DNA from: Eledone cirrhosa
Lineage: Eukaryota
Direction of reading: 5' to 3'
Assembly (NCBI GenBank): GCA_964016885.1
Contig: OZ024741.1
Coordinates: forward strand, 329,158,001-329,222,000
DNA: 64,000 nucleotides
Shown: positions 13,215 through 28,397 of the stretch, in pieces
Numbering within the stretch: the stretch's first letter is position 1
How the letters are laid out: each line of letters opens with the position of its first letter
Position numbers and translations under genes: made by a program
Notes under the pieces: model-generated
Told to the model about the DNA's origin: nothing
Databases searched by the model: none
The model's input: the letters and a program-made list of their open reading frames with translations, nothing else

Positions 13215-14530
13215 TAAATAAATACACACAGTCAGACAATTATGCACATATATAGACATACGTACACACATCTCTACAAATATATATACACACATACACA
13301 TACATACACACATATACATATATATACACATATATATATAGACATATATATACATATATATACACACACACATATATATACATATATATATATATATATA
13401 CAATCATACACATTTATTTACAGGCGCACATATGTATATTTATACTCACATACGAACACCCAAACATACATACATACTTACATACACATACAAACATCCA
13501 CGCTTACAAATACGAATAATTATAGGGGGGGGGAGGGGATTAAAATTATTAGTGGGAAATAGTAAATATAGGTTTCACGGAACATAGAATATTAATCTGC
13601 ATTTAGATTATAATATGTGTTTACATAGTAGTTTCAGTATTAGGAAATGTAAGAAAGAAGGCAAAATTATGCATTTTAATATAAGTAGACTATTAATTAT
13701 AGGTTAACTAAATTAAAAATAGTTAATATATTGATTTCTAAGGTGTATACTACTTAGGTTTATAATATTTAAAGCGGAATTTTGAAGTTAAACAGTAGTA
13801 GAGTATTAATTATAGCATAACTAAATTAAAAATATTAACATTATGGTATCAATTTTAGGAAATGAATTTAGTAATAGGGAAAATCAAATCAAGTATTTCA
13901 TCGGTAGTAGAATATAAATTATAGGTTAACTAAATTAAAAATTATATATTAATTTCTATAGTATATGTTAATTAGGTTTATAATAATTAAAGCAGATTTT
14001 GTATTTTATCTATAGTAGAATATAATTATAGGTTAACAAATATTAAAATTAATATATATATATATATTTAATTGTAAAGAATATATTAATTAGGTATATA
14101 TTTAAAAGTTTATCTCAGTTTAAGATTACATGATATTCTGCAATCCATCTGTATTAGAATTTTAATTTTAAGCTAACTAAATTAAAATTATAGGTTAACT
14201 AAATTAAAATTAATCTATAAATTAATTTCTAAATTGTACATTAATTAGGTTTATAATATTAAAAAGTATTTCTCTGTTATTGATTACACGATATTTTGTT
14301 ATATTTCATCTGTAAAGGAATTTTAATAAAAGGTTAAATAAACTAAAATTAATCTATAAATTAATTTACAAAGTATATATTAATTATGTTAATAATATTT
14401 AAAAGTTTTTCACAATTTATGATTACACAATATTTTTTATTCTCATCTGTAGTAGAATTTTAATTAAATTAAAGTTATAGGTTAACTACATTTAAATTAA
14501 ATTATATATTAATTTCTAAAATATATATTA

Positions 14531-16661
14531 TTAATTAGGTTTATAATATTTAAATGTTTTTCTCAGTCTATGATTACACGATATAATTAATTCCTGTCGC
14601 TTATTTAATAGGATATCCTTAGATTTCATTATTTCAAATAGTTCTTGGGAACATAATCTACATTCATTTCTATTATTTTGATAAGGGGTGGCTCTTTTGA
14701 GCACACTCCAGGTCATATCATATTCTATATTCTTATTTCTATAACTATTAATTTTTTCTGCTAGAGATGTTGTATTAACCAGTGCGGCATTTTTAAAACT
14801 GTTTGTGGGTATTAAACCTTACCTTAAAATTGTTAGAAGTAGCTCCTATATATGAGCAAATAGAATCTTTAGTTTTAACTTTACATTTATAAACTATGTT
14901 GTTAACAAGACAATTTCCTTTTAATGGGCAGTTTGCTTTGTTTCTACAGTTACAACCTTTCGTTAATTCTGTATTTGAGGAGATATTATGGTTAGTTTGA
15001 TGTATTGGTGGTATACTTATGGTTTTTTTACATTTATATGCATTATAGGCACTTATATTTTGTTTTATGTTTTTGGTTGTTGAGTATGAGAATTTAACTG
15101 TTGATCTATTTAAGATTTGATGGTATTTGTGGTTTGGCGGGAAGTTCTTCTTTAGGATATAAAAGAATTTTTTAGCAATATTATCCTTAATTTGTAAATT
15201 AAATGGAGCATTATACCAAGTAACTCGTCTATTACGGTTTCTATGTTGTTTATTATTTTTATAGGTTGCATCGTGATGTTTACTAGGAGGATTAATGTTA
15301 ATGACCTCACCACGCACATTTTTAGTTAGATTTATTGATTTAGGTGTTTTATCTTGTTTATTAGGAGTTTTATTATTAACATTTATTAGAGTTGTATGAT
15401 GAGTAGTTTTTTGAGAGTTACTATACTTTATATTAGAGGAGTTGTTGGTATTTTGGGGTATAGTGTGAGTGGCATTTAGGTGTGTACTTTTCATTTGGTG
15501 TTTTTTGGTAATATTAGGTTGTATGTTTATAGTATTTTTAGTAGAAGGTATATATTCTAATCTATTTTTGTGGCCACTTCTATCTAGAGCTTCATTATAG
15601 AAGGTCGCATTTTTATCAAATACATCTTGGTTAGACGAAAGGTTAGAAATTCTAAGTGATATATTATATGCAAGGTTTTTAAGGATAGATTTAGGGTGAT
15701 TAGATTGTGAGTGTATGTAGTGTAAGTTTTGGTTGGGTTTATGGTAAGGTTGGTAGATACCCGTAGCTAAGTCTAAAGTTATATCTAGGAAATTAACTAC
15801 TTTACTTGTGTTTTCAAAAGTAATATGAAGACTATAATAGTCTTTAAGGAAAGTTCTAATAAGCTTTTTATTTTTTTCTATTTCTGAGAGGCTAAGGTTG
15901 TTGGAAAGAAGAAGACAGTCATCACGATATAAACCACCTTTAAGGTGGGGAAAGGAAGCATTTATGTTGAAAAGAAGAAAGAGGCCCACAAGATCAGTAA
16001 TTTGGGCAGAATCGCTTGAACCCATAGTAATATCAAATAGATTACTATATGTGTTTCTGGTCCAGTATTCATTCTGAAATTCAATAAGTGTTAGTCTAGC
16101 ATGTGTAATAATATTAATGTCATCCAAAGTTAAGTTAGATCTATTTTTAGCAAATATCAAAGCTTTGTTCAGGAGTATAGGTGATATAGAAGAATAGTAA
16201 TTATCTATACCAAATTGTAGAAATGAGGCAGAAGATTTACATCTAATATTTTTAAACCAGTTAATTACCTGGGAAGTGTTTTCCCAGAGTGGTAAATTAA
16301 CATGTTTTCTTATTTGTGGGATGACTCTATCCAAAATTTTTTTGCTAATTATTCCAATATCAGATTTGGAGGGACATATAAGTCTTATAGAAGGATTAGA
16401 GTTAAAGTTTGATTTATGATCCTTCAGGTTGAAGTGTGGTCTTTTCAATGCCAAAGGTTCAGTTCTATCTTCAATATTTAGTTTATTTACTATGTTGTGT
16501 GTTTTGTTGTTGATGTTGGTGAGTGACGCATTATTAGATTTTTTATAATTTTTCCTGAGTTCTTTATATATGAACTCATTATAATTTTCAATATCCATGT
16601 GATACAAGTTTCCAGTTTTGTCCGAGTGGACATGGATTTTTTTAGACTTTTTTAGGTCCAA
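14531..16661 (-). pseudogene. PLE-B RT + GIY-YIG endonuclease (622-aa ORF plus frameshifted C-terminus)
   Basis: HSDKT, MGSSDSAQI, LYRDD, NFLD, CNCRNKANCPLKGNC..IVY..YIGAT..FKVRFNTH, CRLC..E..LLNKRQELIISCNHR. Motif-A Asp reads FGI; frameshift near 14795. Confidence 0.92.
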
Positions 16662-16691
16662 TAGGGTAGAATCAAGGTCCTTTTGAAAGAC

Positions 16692-17877
16692 AAGGTAATT
16701 AACTGGTTTAAAAATATTAGATGTAAATCTTCTGCCTCATTTCTACAATTTGATATAGATAATTACTATTCTTCTATATCACCTATACTCCTGAACAAAG
16801 CTTTGATATTTGCTAAAAATAGATCTAACTTAACTTTGGATGACATTAATATTATTACACATGCTAGACTAACACTTATTGAATTTCAGAATGAATACTG
16901 GACCAGAAACACATATAGTAATCTATTTGATATTACTATGGGTTCAAGCGATTCTGCCCAAATTACTGATCTTGTGGGCCTCTTTCTTCTTTTCAACATA
17001 AATGCTTCCTTTCCCCACCTTAAAGGTGGTTTATATCGTGATGACTGTCTTCTTCTTTCCAACAACCTTAGCCTCTCAGAAATAGAAAAAAACAAAAAGC
17101 TTATTAGAACTTTCCTTAAAGACTATTATAGTCTTCATATTACTTTTGAAAACACAAGTAAAGTAGTTAATTTCCTAGATATAACTTTAGACTTAGCTAC
17201 GGGTATCTACCAACCTTACCATAAACCCAACCAAAACTTACACTACATACACTCACAATCTAATCACCCTAAATCTATCCTTAAAAACCTTGCATATAAT
17301 ATATCACTTAGAATTTCTAACCTTTCGTCTAACCAAGATGTATTTGATAAAAATGCGACCTTCTATAATGAAGCTCTAGATAGAAGTGGCCACAAAAATA
17401 GATTAGAATATATACCTTCTACTAAAAATACTATAAACATACAACCTAATATTACCAAAAAACACCAAATGAAAAGTACACACCTAAATGCCACTCACAC
17501 TATACCCCAAAATACCAACAACTCCTCTAATATAAAGTATAGTAACTCTTAAAAAACTACTCATCATACAACTCTAATAAATGTTAATAATAAAACTCCT
17601 AATAAACAAGATAAAACACCTAAATCAATAAATCTAACTAAAAATGTGCGTGGTGAGGTCATTAACATTAATCCTCCTAGTAAACATCACGATGCAACCT
17701 ATAAAAATAATAAACAACATAGAAACCGTAATAGACGAGTTACTTGGTATAATGCTCCATTTAATTTACAAATTAAGGATAATATTGCTAAAAAATTATT
17801 TTATATCCTAGAGAAGAACTTCCCGCCAAACCACAAATACCATCAAATCTTAAATAGATCAACAGTTAAATTCTCAT
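16692..17877 (+). pseudogene. PLE-B RT fragment (inverted arm)
   Basis: ORF 16683-17552 with intact FDI/YRDD, premature TAA at 17550, continuation in 17646-17877. Confidence 0.9.
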
Positions 17878-18316
17878 ATATATATATATATGTGTGTGTA
17901 TGAGTATGTGTGTGTGTGTGTGTATATATATTTATGTGTATGTATATATCTATATATATATATGTGTGTATGTATATCTCTTTATTTATGTATGTCTGAG
18001 TTGTGTGTGAGCGTGTGGTTGTATGTGTATATATATACATGGATATGTGTATGTGTATGAATATATACGTATATGTATGTGTGTGTGTGTATATATATGT
18101 GCGTGTATGTATATGTATATATATGTGTGTATATATGTATGTATATATATGTGTGTATATATATGTATGTATATGTATGTATGTGTGTATGTGTATGTAC
18201 ATATATGTGTATATATATATGTGTGTGTTGTGAGTATATGTATATATATATGTGTGTATGTATGTGTGTCTATGTATTTATATATGTATATGTATATGTC
18301 TCTATATATATATATG

Positions 18317-18381
<65 letters not shown>

Positions 18382-19000
18382 CGGTGTGTATTTTATGTAT
18401 GAGTATATATTTTACTTGTTTATTTCTTTTTAATATATTTCTTTTTATTTCTAAATTTATAGATACATTTTATAAATAGGCAGTTGTCTTACACCCTCAG
18501 TAATTACTGAATCCCTTTACCTACTTTAGTTTCTGCATCTAGATGTAAATATATGTGGCAGTGTTTATGTGTGCGCCTTAGTATCCATATAGTTATAATA
18601 ATAATATATACGTATGTGTGTGTGTGTGTGCGTGCGTGTGTGTGTGTATGTTCGTGGGTATGTGTATGTTTATGTGTATATGCGTGTGTGTGCATGAATG
18701 TATGTATATGTGTGTATATATGAGTGGATATATGTTTATATACGTATGTGTATTTTGTCTGTGGATTATAAACATACAGAGACATTAGCCCTGAATTTTT
18801 GTATTTACATACATTTTTTCGACATGCGTATGCATGTGAACATATATTTTTATGCATATTTGTGAACGAAGTTACTTACATATATACACACACCTAACTG
18901 TATTTTCTTGATATGTTTTTGTGTATTTCATTGGTCTATTTGAACTCTGTTCCCAAACAGACCTATAATTTTGAATTGTTGTTATTATCAATAAATATAT

Positions 19001-19153
19001 TTCATTATTTCTGAAGACGGCATATGTATGTGTTGGTATGTATATTCTATTTGATAATTTGTATAATTTTGTATAATTTTGTACATAGATCTGTTGAGTA
19101 TGCATACCAATTCTAACACATATATGTCCTAGAAACGATCGTTAAATAATGAA
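19001..19153 (+). ncRNA. Type I hammerhead ribozyme with about 114-nt stem II
   Basis: uucauuauuu-CUGAAGA-[ggcauaug..uugguauguauauuc/gaguaugcauaccaa..cauauaugucc]-GAAAC-gauc-GUU-aaauaaugaa; 10-bp stem I. Confidence 0.87.
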
Positions 19154-19207
19154 CTTTTTTTGTTTAATATAAGGAACTGTTTCATTGTTTTATTCATTAT
19201 TTTTTTA

Positions 19208-19333
<126 letters not shown>

Positions 19334-19340
19334 GAGAGAG

Positions 19341-19553
19341 AGAATTAGTATATTTACCAACATATGCGTACAGATGTACACTAATGCTAGCAAATACATA
19401 AGTTATGTCATAGTACCTAGGTGGTTCTATGCAGGGGGATGCAGAACAATTATATGAAAGACGTAAAATAAAAAAATTTTAAAAATTAAAAATTAACTTA
19501 CTAAAATTTTAGTAAGTTAATTTTTTATTTTTTAAATTTTCGTATTTTACGTC

Positions 19554-19560
<7 letters not shown>
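19341..19560 (-). mobile_element. Diverged tail fragment of the 558-bp HHR family with fold-back
   Basis: Reverse complement resembles 8630-8815 (acctaggtactatgacataac); palindrome centred near 19506. Confidence 0.75.
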
Positions 19561-19615
<55 letters not shown>

Positions 19616-19626
19616 ATATATATATG

Positions 19627-19677
<51 letters not shown>

Positions 19678-19694
19678 GTATATGTATATATATG

Positions 19695-19760
<66 letters not shown>

Positions 19761-19782
19761 CGTATATATATATATCTGTATG

Positions 19783-21654
<1,872 letters not shown>

Positions 21655-21962
21655 GGTGTGGGCTGCCCGTGTCCGTGTGGTTGAATTTGCAGTAACAATC
21701 ACGAAGGTTGAGAATATATATTTATTATATTACTGACATTACTCTCTCGTGCTACTAGTTTCGTGGATTGTTGCTATCCGTGAGTTTCAGCATTAAAATG
21801 GCAACAGCCTCGTCTACGTTTTAATGATTGTGAGTTCGAATTTTACAGACTACGAGTTCGAATCTTTCTTCGGTTTATGTTTATTTATTTTGTGTTGTAT
21901 TGTTAGTGATTAGGATGCGTAGTTAGTCTTTATATTTTCATAGTGTGTCGCTATATATTTTA

Positions 21963-23010
21963 AATAATAATTCTTTCTAATATGGAAACGAGGCCAGCAA
22001 TTTTGTGATGGGGAAAGTCTATTATATCGACTCCATTACTTAACTCTATTTTATGACGAAACTCCATGTTAACCTCGGCGAAATTTGAAATCAGAACGTA
22101 GCAATCGTTAAATACCTCAAAGCATTTTGCACAACGCTCTATCGATAATGCCAATCCACCGCCATAGTGAAATAATGGTTTCTTTTATAGGCACAAGGCC
22201 AGTGCGTGACTGGTACTTTATTTTATCGACCCTCGTAAGGATCAAAGGCAAAGTTAACCTCGGCGGGATTTGAACTCAGATCATAAAGGGCCGTAACTCT
22301 ATGCTGCAAAGCATGGTGTCCGACTCTACCGATACTGCCAATCAACCGCTTTTTGAATTAATAATAATAATAATTGCTTCTACTTTAGGCACAAGGACAG
22401 CAATTTGGGGGATGGGAAAGTCGATTAAATCTACCCCAGTCCGTGACCGGTACTTTATTTTATAGACTTCGTAAGGAGGAAAAGCAAAGCTAACCTCGGT
22501 GAGATTTGAACTTATAACGTAAAGGGCCGTAAAATAATAATGATTTCTAGTATAAGCACAAGGCCAGTAATTTGGGGGGAGGGGATTGGCGATCAAATCG
22601 ACCCCAGTACGTTACTGGTGCTTTATTTTATCGAACCCGTAAGGATGAAAGGTAAAGTTAACCACGGCGGGATTCGAGAGTTCAGGGATCATAGATGTAT
22701 AGCAGGATATTATTATTATAAAATAATAATATCCTGTTTTTTGTGTTGTATTGTTAGTGATTAGGATGCGTAGTTAGTCTTTATATTTTCATAGTGTGTC
22801 GCTATGAAATAATTGTTTCTACTTTAATAATTGTTTCTACTTTAGGCACAAGGCCAGCAATTACCCAGTGCATTACTCGTACTTTATTTTCTCGACCCCG
22901 TAAGGATGAAAGGCAAAGTAAACCTCGGCGGGATTTGAACTCAGACCGTAAAGGGACGTAACTATGCTGGAAAGCATGGCGTCCGACTCTCTACCGATAC
23001 TGTCAATCCA
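21963..23010 (-). mobile_element. Cluster of about five tRNA-derived SINE copies and fragments
   Basis: Repeated TTTATCGACCCCGTAAGGATGAAAGGCAAAG..CTCGGCGGGATTTGAACTCAG. Confidence 0.85.
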
Positions 23011-24250
23011 ATAATGATATCCTGCTATACATCTATGATCACTGAACTCTGGGTGGAGTCATAACGACGACTTCATATTTTTTTCTGCAATTTAAAGTGT
23101 CATTGTATCGAGACATTTCAATTTTGATAACATACACAATACTGCTTGATATGCCCGTGTGTTAAGAGACAATATCTCGTCTCTTATGTTACATACAGTG
23201 AATTATTCATTTTAGCAAGGTGTCGGCCTCGCTTTATTTTGCCAATACTGCAGAAAGACCTGGTTATTTGACCCTTGGCTATGACACGGAGACATATTTT
23301 GTGAATGATATCCAAGGATACTTATATTTAGGAATAATTTTTCTTTTTTCCTTTTCTTTTGGGACTATATCTCAAGAATATTGTTGCAAATTTGTCTCGC
23401 CAACATACAAGAATTACAAGCGGCAATTGTTGATGAATGGCCGAATATTGACTTGAATATTGAATATATTAATTAGAAATTAATTAATGACGCATTTGCC
23501 CAGTGTAATCGATTACATTTTGTCTATTCTCTACGATTACACATTGCAACAACCATTAAAAGCTTTCTAAAGCATGTATACAGAACAGTCTATTGTACGT
23601 CTTCGCTATCTAAAATACACTGCTTAGTGCATGAATAATTACTTAATGCATACAGATTGTTTGTTTGTCTTTACCACTTAGTCAGGGATGGAAGGACAGT
23701 GTCCATGGCTCTATAATTCAGCTCGCCCTCCAAGGTTATTGAAAGGAATATAGTGAGTTAAATCAGGGATTCAGCTCGAGTGCTTACAACAGAATGAACG
23801 TCTCCAAACTTTCCCAATATCTAGGTGGCAGGGTTAAACCAAGCGACAGTCAGTTTATGTCTAGCTCCCAGGAACAAATGCCTCTAGGAATACCATGTCA
23901 CGCTCAAATGAATCCATCAATCCAAAACGTTGGACAGTTATTTAATTAGAAGCCCAAAATGGATGAAATGCGAACAGTTGATATTTATACTCATATCTAT
24001 GACAGCCGAAACAACTATACAACACATTTTGTCCTACGCTATTACGATTCTGTGATTTGCCAGCAAAAGACAGTGCGTATTAATCGGCTTTTCCGATATA
24101 TTCACAAGGGCAGTTTAGTGATATAAGCCGTGTCTTCAGCATTTAAATCTAGCGAAACCTATCCCTCTCGAGGTCCAAACACAATCGATTTCTTCCTCAG
24201 AGAAGTGAGAAAGATATTCAGAGGAATAATCGTTTCTAGTACTTGGCATG

Positions 24251-24315
<65 letters not shown>

Positions 24316-24322
24316 TGTGTGT

Positions 24323-24369
24323 AAACTAATAAGACTTTTTGTACCTCTGTTTGTTGTCTCATTGAAATA

Positions 24370-24421
<52 letters not shown>

Positions 24422-24444
24422 TATATATATAAAAACTATATAAA

Positions 24445-24480
<36 letters not shown>

Positions 24481-24552
24481 TGTATATATATATATATACA
24501 TATATATATTTCAATGAGACAACAAACAGAGGTAGAAAAGTCTTATTAGTTT
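24323..24552. repeat. Inverted repeat of about 48 bp flanking a (TA)n tract
   Basis: aaactaataagactttt..tctcattgaaatat versus atatttcaatgagac..aagtcttattagttt. Confidence 0.85.
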
Positions 24553-25074
24553 CACGCTTTATACTGAAAAGAGAAAAGAAAGTTCGACGTGTCGGGCTTA
24601 AGTTTTTCTTCGGGAATATAAATAGTGACAGGATCACAATGGAGAAACAAAGAATGTCCAGTAAAGATATTTTCGGTCTTTTTTTTTCTTTTTTGGGGAC
24701 ATTCTTTGTGTTTCTCCATTGGGATCCTGTCTCTTTTCGTACTCCTACGCCATCTTGAAAACAAGATGGCGTAGGACAGAACAAAGGAGAGGCACAAAAC
24801 AAAGAAAAGAATCCCCAGTCACTGAATAGGTCACAGAATGAGTGACGAAAGAACTTTGACAATATATGAACAACCGTCTGGTTGTGGAACCAACCAACCA
24901 ACCGGAAATTTATAATTTCTTTTTAAATTTATAATTTAATTTATAATAAATTAGAGTGAAAGCAACTGGTGCGTGTGTTTCTCATTGGCAACATGACCCT
25001 CCCAAAGTATAACAATATCGGTTTCAACACACGTTTTCAGATAAAGAATCTTGCTAAACAAATTCAGAAACGAA

Positions 25075-25166
<92 letters not shown>

Positions 25167-25182
25167 TTACATACATATATAT

Positions 25183-25215
<33 letters not shown>

Positions 25216-25489
25216 CAGAGAGAGAGAGATAGAGAGGGGGGAGATATATTTGTGGTAACAGACTCGGTATGGTGCTATATAAGGAAGAATTGGTTGGCTG
25301 GTATGTCTAGCTGATGGAACGACCACATGCAGGCCTCCTTGCTGGAGAGTGTTTAGAGATTTTCTATTGTGTATACAGGTGAATTGAGTAACATTTGATC
25401 CTATTTGCATATCACCTGTCTTCTTTAGGAACACTCTGATCATGTCACAAAGGCAAATCTGCAGATTAAGTTTGCAATTTAATCCCTAT

Positions 25490-25508
25490 ATATAGACATG
25501 TGGGTACG

Positions 25509-25542
<34 letters not shown>

Positions 25543-26300
25543 TGCATGTATGTATGTATCTAGGTATGTGTATATATATGTATGTATGTACGAATGCATG
25601 TATGTATGTGTGTACGGATGTGTGTATGTATGTATATATGTGTGTATGTATGTGTGTACGTATGTGGGTGTGTGTGTTTGTATATATATATATGTATATG
25701 TCTATATGTGTGTATGAGTATGTAAGTATGTAAGTATGTTTCTTTGTATGTATTTATGTATATATGTATGTGTGTATATATGTATGTGTGTATGTATGTA
25801 CGAATGCATGTATGTATGTGTACGCATGTGTGTGAGTATGTATGTATGTATATATGCATGTATGTATGTATGTGTGTATGCATGTGGGTGTGTATGTGTA
25901 TATATATATGTATGTGCATGTATATATGTGTGTGCATGTGTATGTATGTAAATATATTTCTTTGTATGTATGTATGTATGTGAATATATATGTGTGTGTA
26001 TGTATATACGTATGTATGTGTATATGTATGTATGCTTGTGTGTATGTATGTATGTGCGTATGAGTTAATGTACGTAGGTATGCGTATATATATCTATATA
26101 TGTTACATCTATGTTAGTACGTATATATTTATGTATTTGTAAGTATGTATATATATATACGTATGCATATATATACGTATGTATATATCTGTGTAGATGT
26201 TTGCGTATATAAGTATGCTTGTATGTATGTATGTAAGTTTATGTGTATTTATGTGTGTATGCATATATGTATATGTGTGTGTGTGTGCGCGTGAAAATAT
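25490..26300. repeat. Degenerate (ATGT)/(TG)/(TA) microsatellite field
   Basis: Direct inspection; explains the YV/CM/HT ORFs. Confidence 0.9.
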
Positions 26301-26482
26301 GATTTTGCATGAGTGTTTGTATATGGAAATATGCTTAATTTATTAAACGTATACACAAACACAAGCATTCACTCACAAACAAACACATACACACACATAT
26401 ATATATATATATTTATATACATATATATATGTGTGTGTGTGTGTGTTTGTATTTATATATGAGTATATATATATATAGGTAC

Positions 26483-26540
<58 letters not shown>

Positions 26541-26802
26541 AGAGATATATAGGTAGACAGACGGACAGATAAATAGATTTATAGATAGATAGACAATAGC
26601 TAGGTAGATATGTATGTAGATATGCACACATGTGCCAAATAAAAATTGATCCGGTTAATCTATCTTATTAACTCGTATATAACTTGGTGAGGAAGTGCGT
26701 ACGTGCGCAAGTGTGTGTGTACCTGAATATGTTGGGATTTGCATGTGACTTGGCAGGTATAGCTGTATGTTTGCACTAAGATAACTGGGTCTTTCTTTGT
26801 AA

Positions 26803-26836
<34 letters not shown>

Positions 26837-26839
<3 letters not shown>

Positions 26840-27046
26840 ATAATAATAAATTTGAAGACTAAAATCCAAAGAGGCCTCGATAAGGATAAATATATATCAA
26901 ATATATAAGAACCGTAGAGCAAACATTTATTAAAATAACAGATTAAAGTTTAAGCAAAGAATCGCTGCTGTCACCCTTAACGGGATCTTCAGAAGATCCC
27001 GTTAAGGGTGAAAGCAGCGATTCTTTGCTTAAACTTTAATCTGTTA

Positions 27047-27054
<8 letters not shown>
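26837..27054 (-). mobile_element. PLE family C 3' tail with a 127-bp fold-back centred on the HHR core
   Basis: 26928-27054 is a palindrome (one mismatch) with apex gatcttc-a-gaagatc; same sequence as 31150-31210 and 37277-37345. Confidence 0.88.
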
Positions 27055-27113
<59 letters not shown>

Positions 27114-27121
27114 GTATTTAC

Positions 27122-27181
<60 letters not shown>

Positions 27182-27672
27182 GTAAATACACAAATATATA
27201 TACACATATATATGTATATATGTATATATATATATATATATACATATAATTGGTGTTGGATGTTCAAAGCGTCCGTATGCGGTAGGCCGTATGAGCACCC
27301 GATGCCCTCGTAGAGCAGAGTATGATATAACAGAAAAAACAGAATCAGTGTTGCAACAAAAGGAATTTATTGGACATATTACAATTGTTTCTCGGACGAC
27401 CAGCTAGAGGCACGATCGATATGGTGATCAAATCTGACTCTGACTCGGATACGTCTCGATTCTACGAAGCAGATTTTCCTATATATATATATACTGCTGC
27501 ATTAGTGCTGCAGAAACTCGAGTCCGGGAACCTTATAGGCACCTGATTTACGTGTGTTGTGTTGAGGCAAATAACTATGTTTATACTCTGGTAATGTATC
27601 TTACATTGCCCATTGAGTGCGCTGAGATACAACCGGTACTGGCGTTGATAAATATGCTAGGTCCGTCAACCC

Positions 27673-27769
<97 letters not shown>

Positions 27770-27779
27770 TAAATTTAGA

Positions 27780-28040
27780 CCTTCATCAGTGATCTTCCAA
27801 CCTTCATTGGTATTTCATCGCTTTAAAGACCATATACCTCTGGTTGGTGCGAGCAACGCCTAAAAAAATTCGTTGGGACACGTAAATATGGGGAACGAGC
27901 GAGACAGTAAACAAACAAATATGGTAATGCAACGAAAAGTGAGGAAGAAGGAGTCAAGTCCCTGAAATCGATGAACATAGAGGTATATGTTCTTTAAAGC
28001 GATAAAATACCAATGAAGGTTGGAAGATCACTGATGAAGG
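27780..28040. repeat. Inverted repeat of about 62 bp, each arm ending in CTGATGAAGG (HHR 5' half)
   Basis: ccttcatcagtgatcttccaaccttcattggtat.. versus ..ataccaatgaaggttggaagatcactgatgaagg. Confidence 0.8.
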
Positions 28041-28180
28041 ATATATGCAGAGGTTATATTTAATTTGTTGGGATTCAAGAAGCTTAAACATTTTTATAAA
28101 TGATATAAAGCACTCAACAAGTTAGTGGAGTAAATATACAATATATTAATAAATGGAAACTATATTTATAAAACCATAAT

Positions 28181-28246
28181 TATTTTATTATATATATTTC
28201 AAGAGCAACCAAGGTAAATTATGGTACGCTTTCATCAGATAAAATA
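28181..28246 (-). ncRNA. Type I hammerhead ribozyme (9011 family), left arm of inverted pair
   Basis: uauuuuau-CUGAUGA-aagcguacca..ugguugcucuu-GAAAU-auau-AUA-auaaaa. Confidence 0.78.
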
Positions 28247-28331
28247 CAGATTTGTTTCTATCCAGCGAATTTCAACCGTTGAGGTTGTCTTTTTTCCGGG
28301 TATGTCAATATTTATTTATAAAACAAATCTG

Positions 28332-28397
28332 TAATTTATCTGATGAAAGCGCACCATAATTTACCTTGGTCGCCCTTGAAATATATATAATAAAATA
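28332..28397 (+). ncRNA. Type I hammerhead ribozyme (9011 family), right arm of inverted pair
   Basis: uuuau-CUGAUGA-aagcgcacca..uggucgcccuu-GAAAU-auau-AUA-auaaa. Confidence 0.78.

Noticed and set aside
12176-13562. Many YI/HT/CV/ER/SL-repeat ORFs here and throughout the window
   Set aside because: Translations of (TA)n, (CA)n and (GA)n microsatellites
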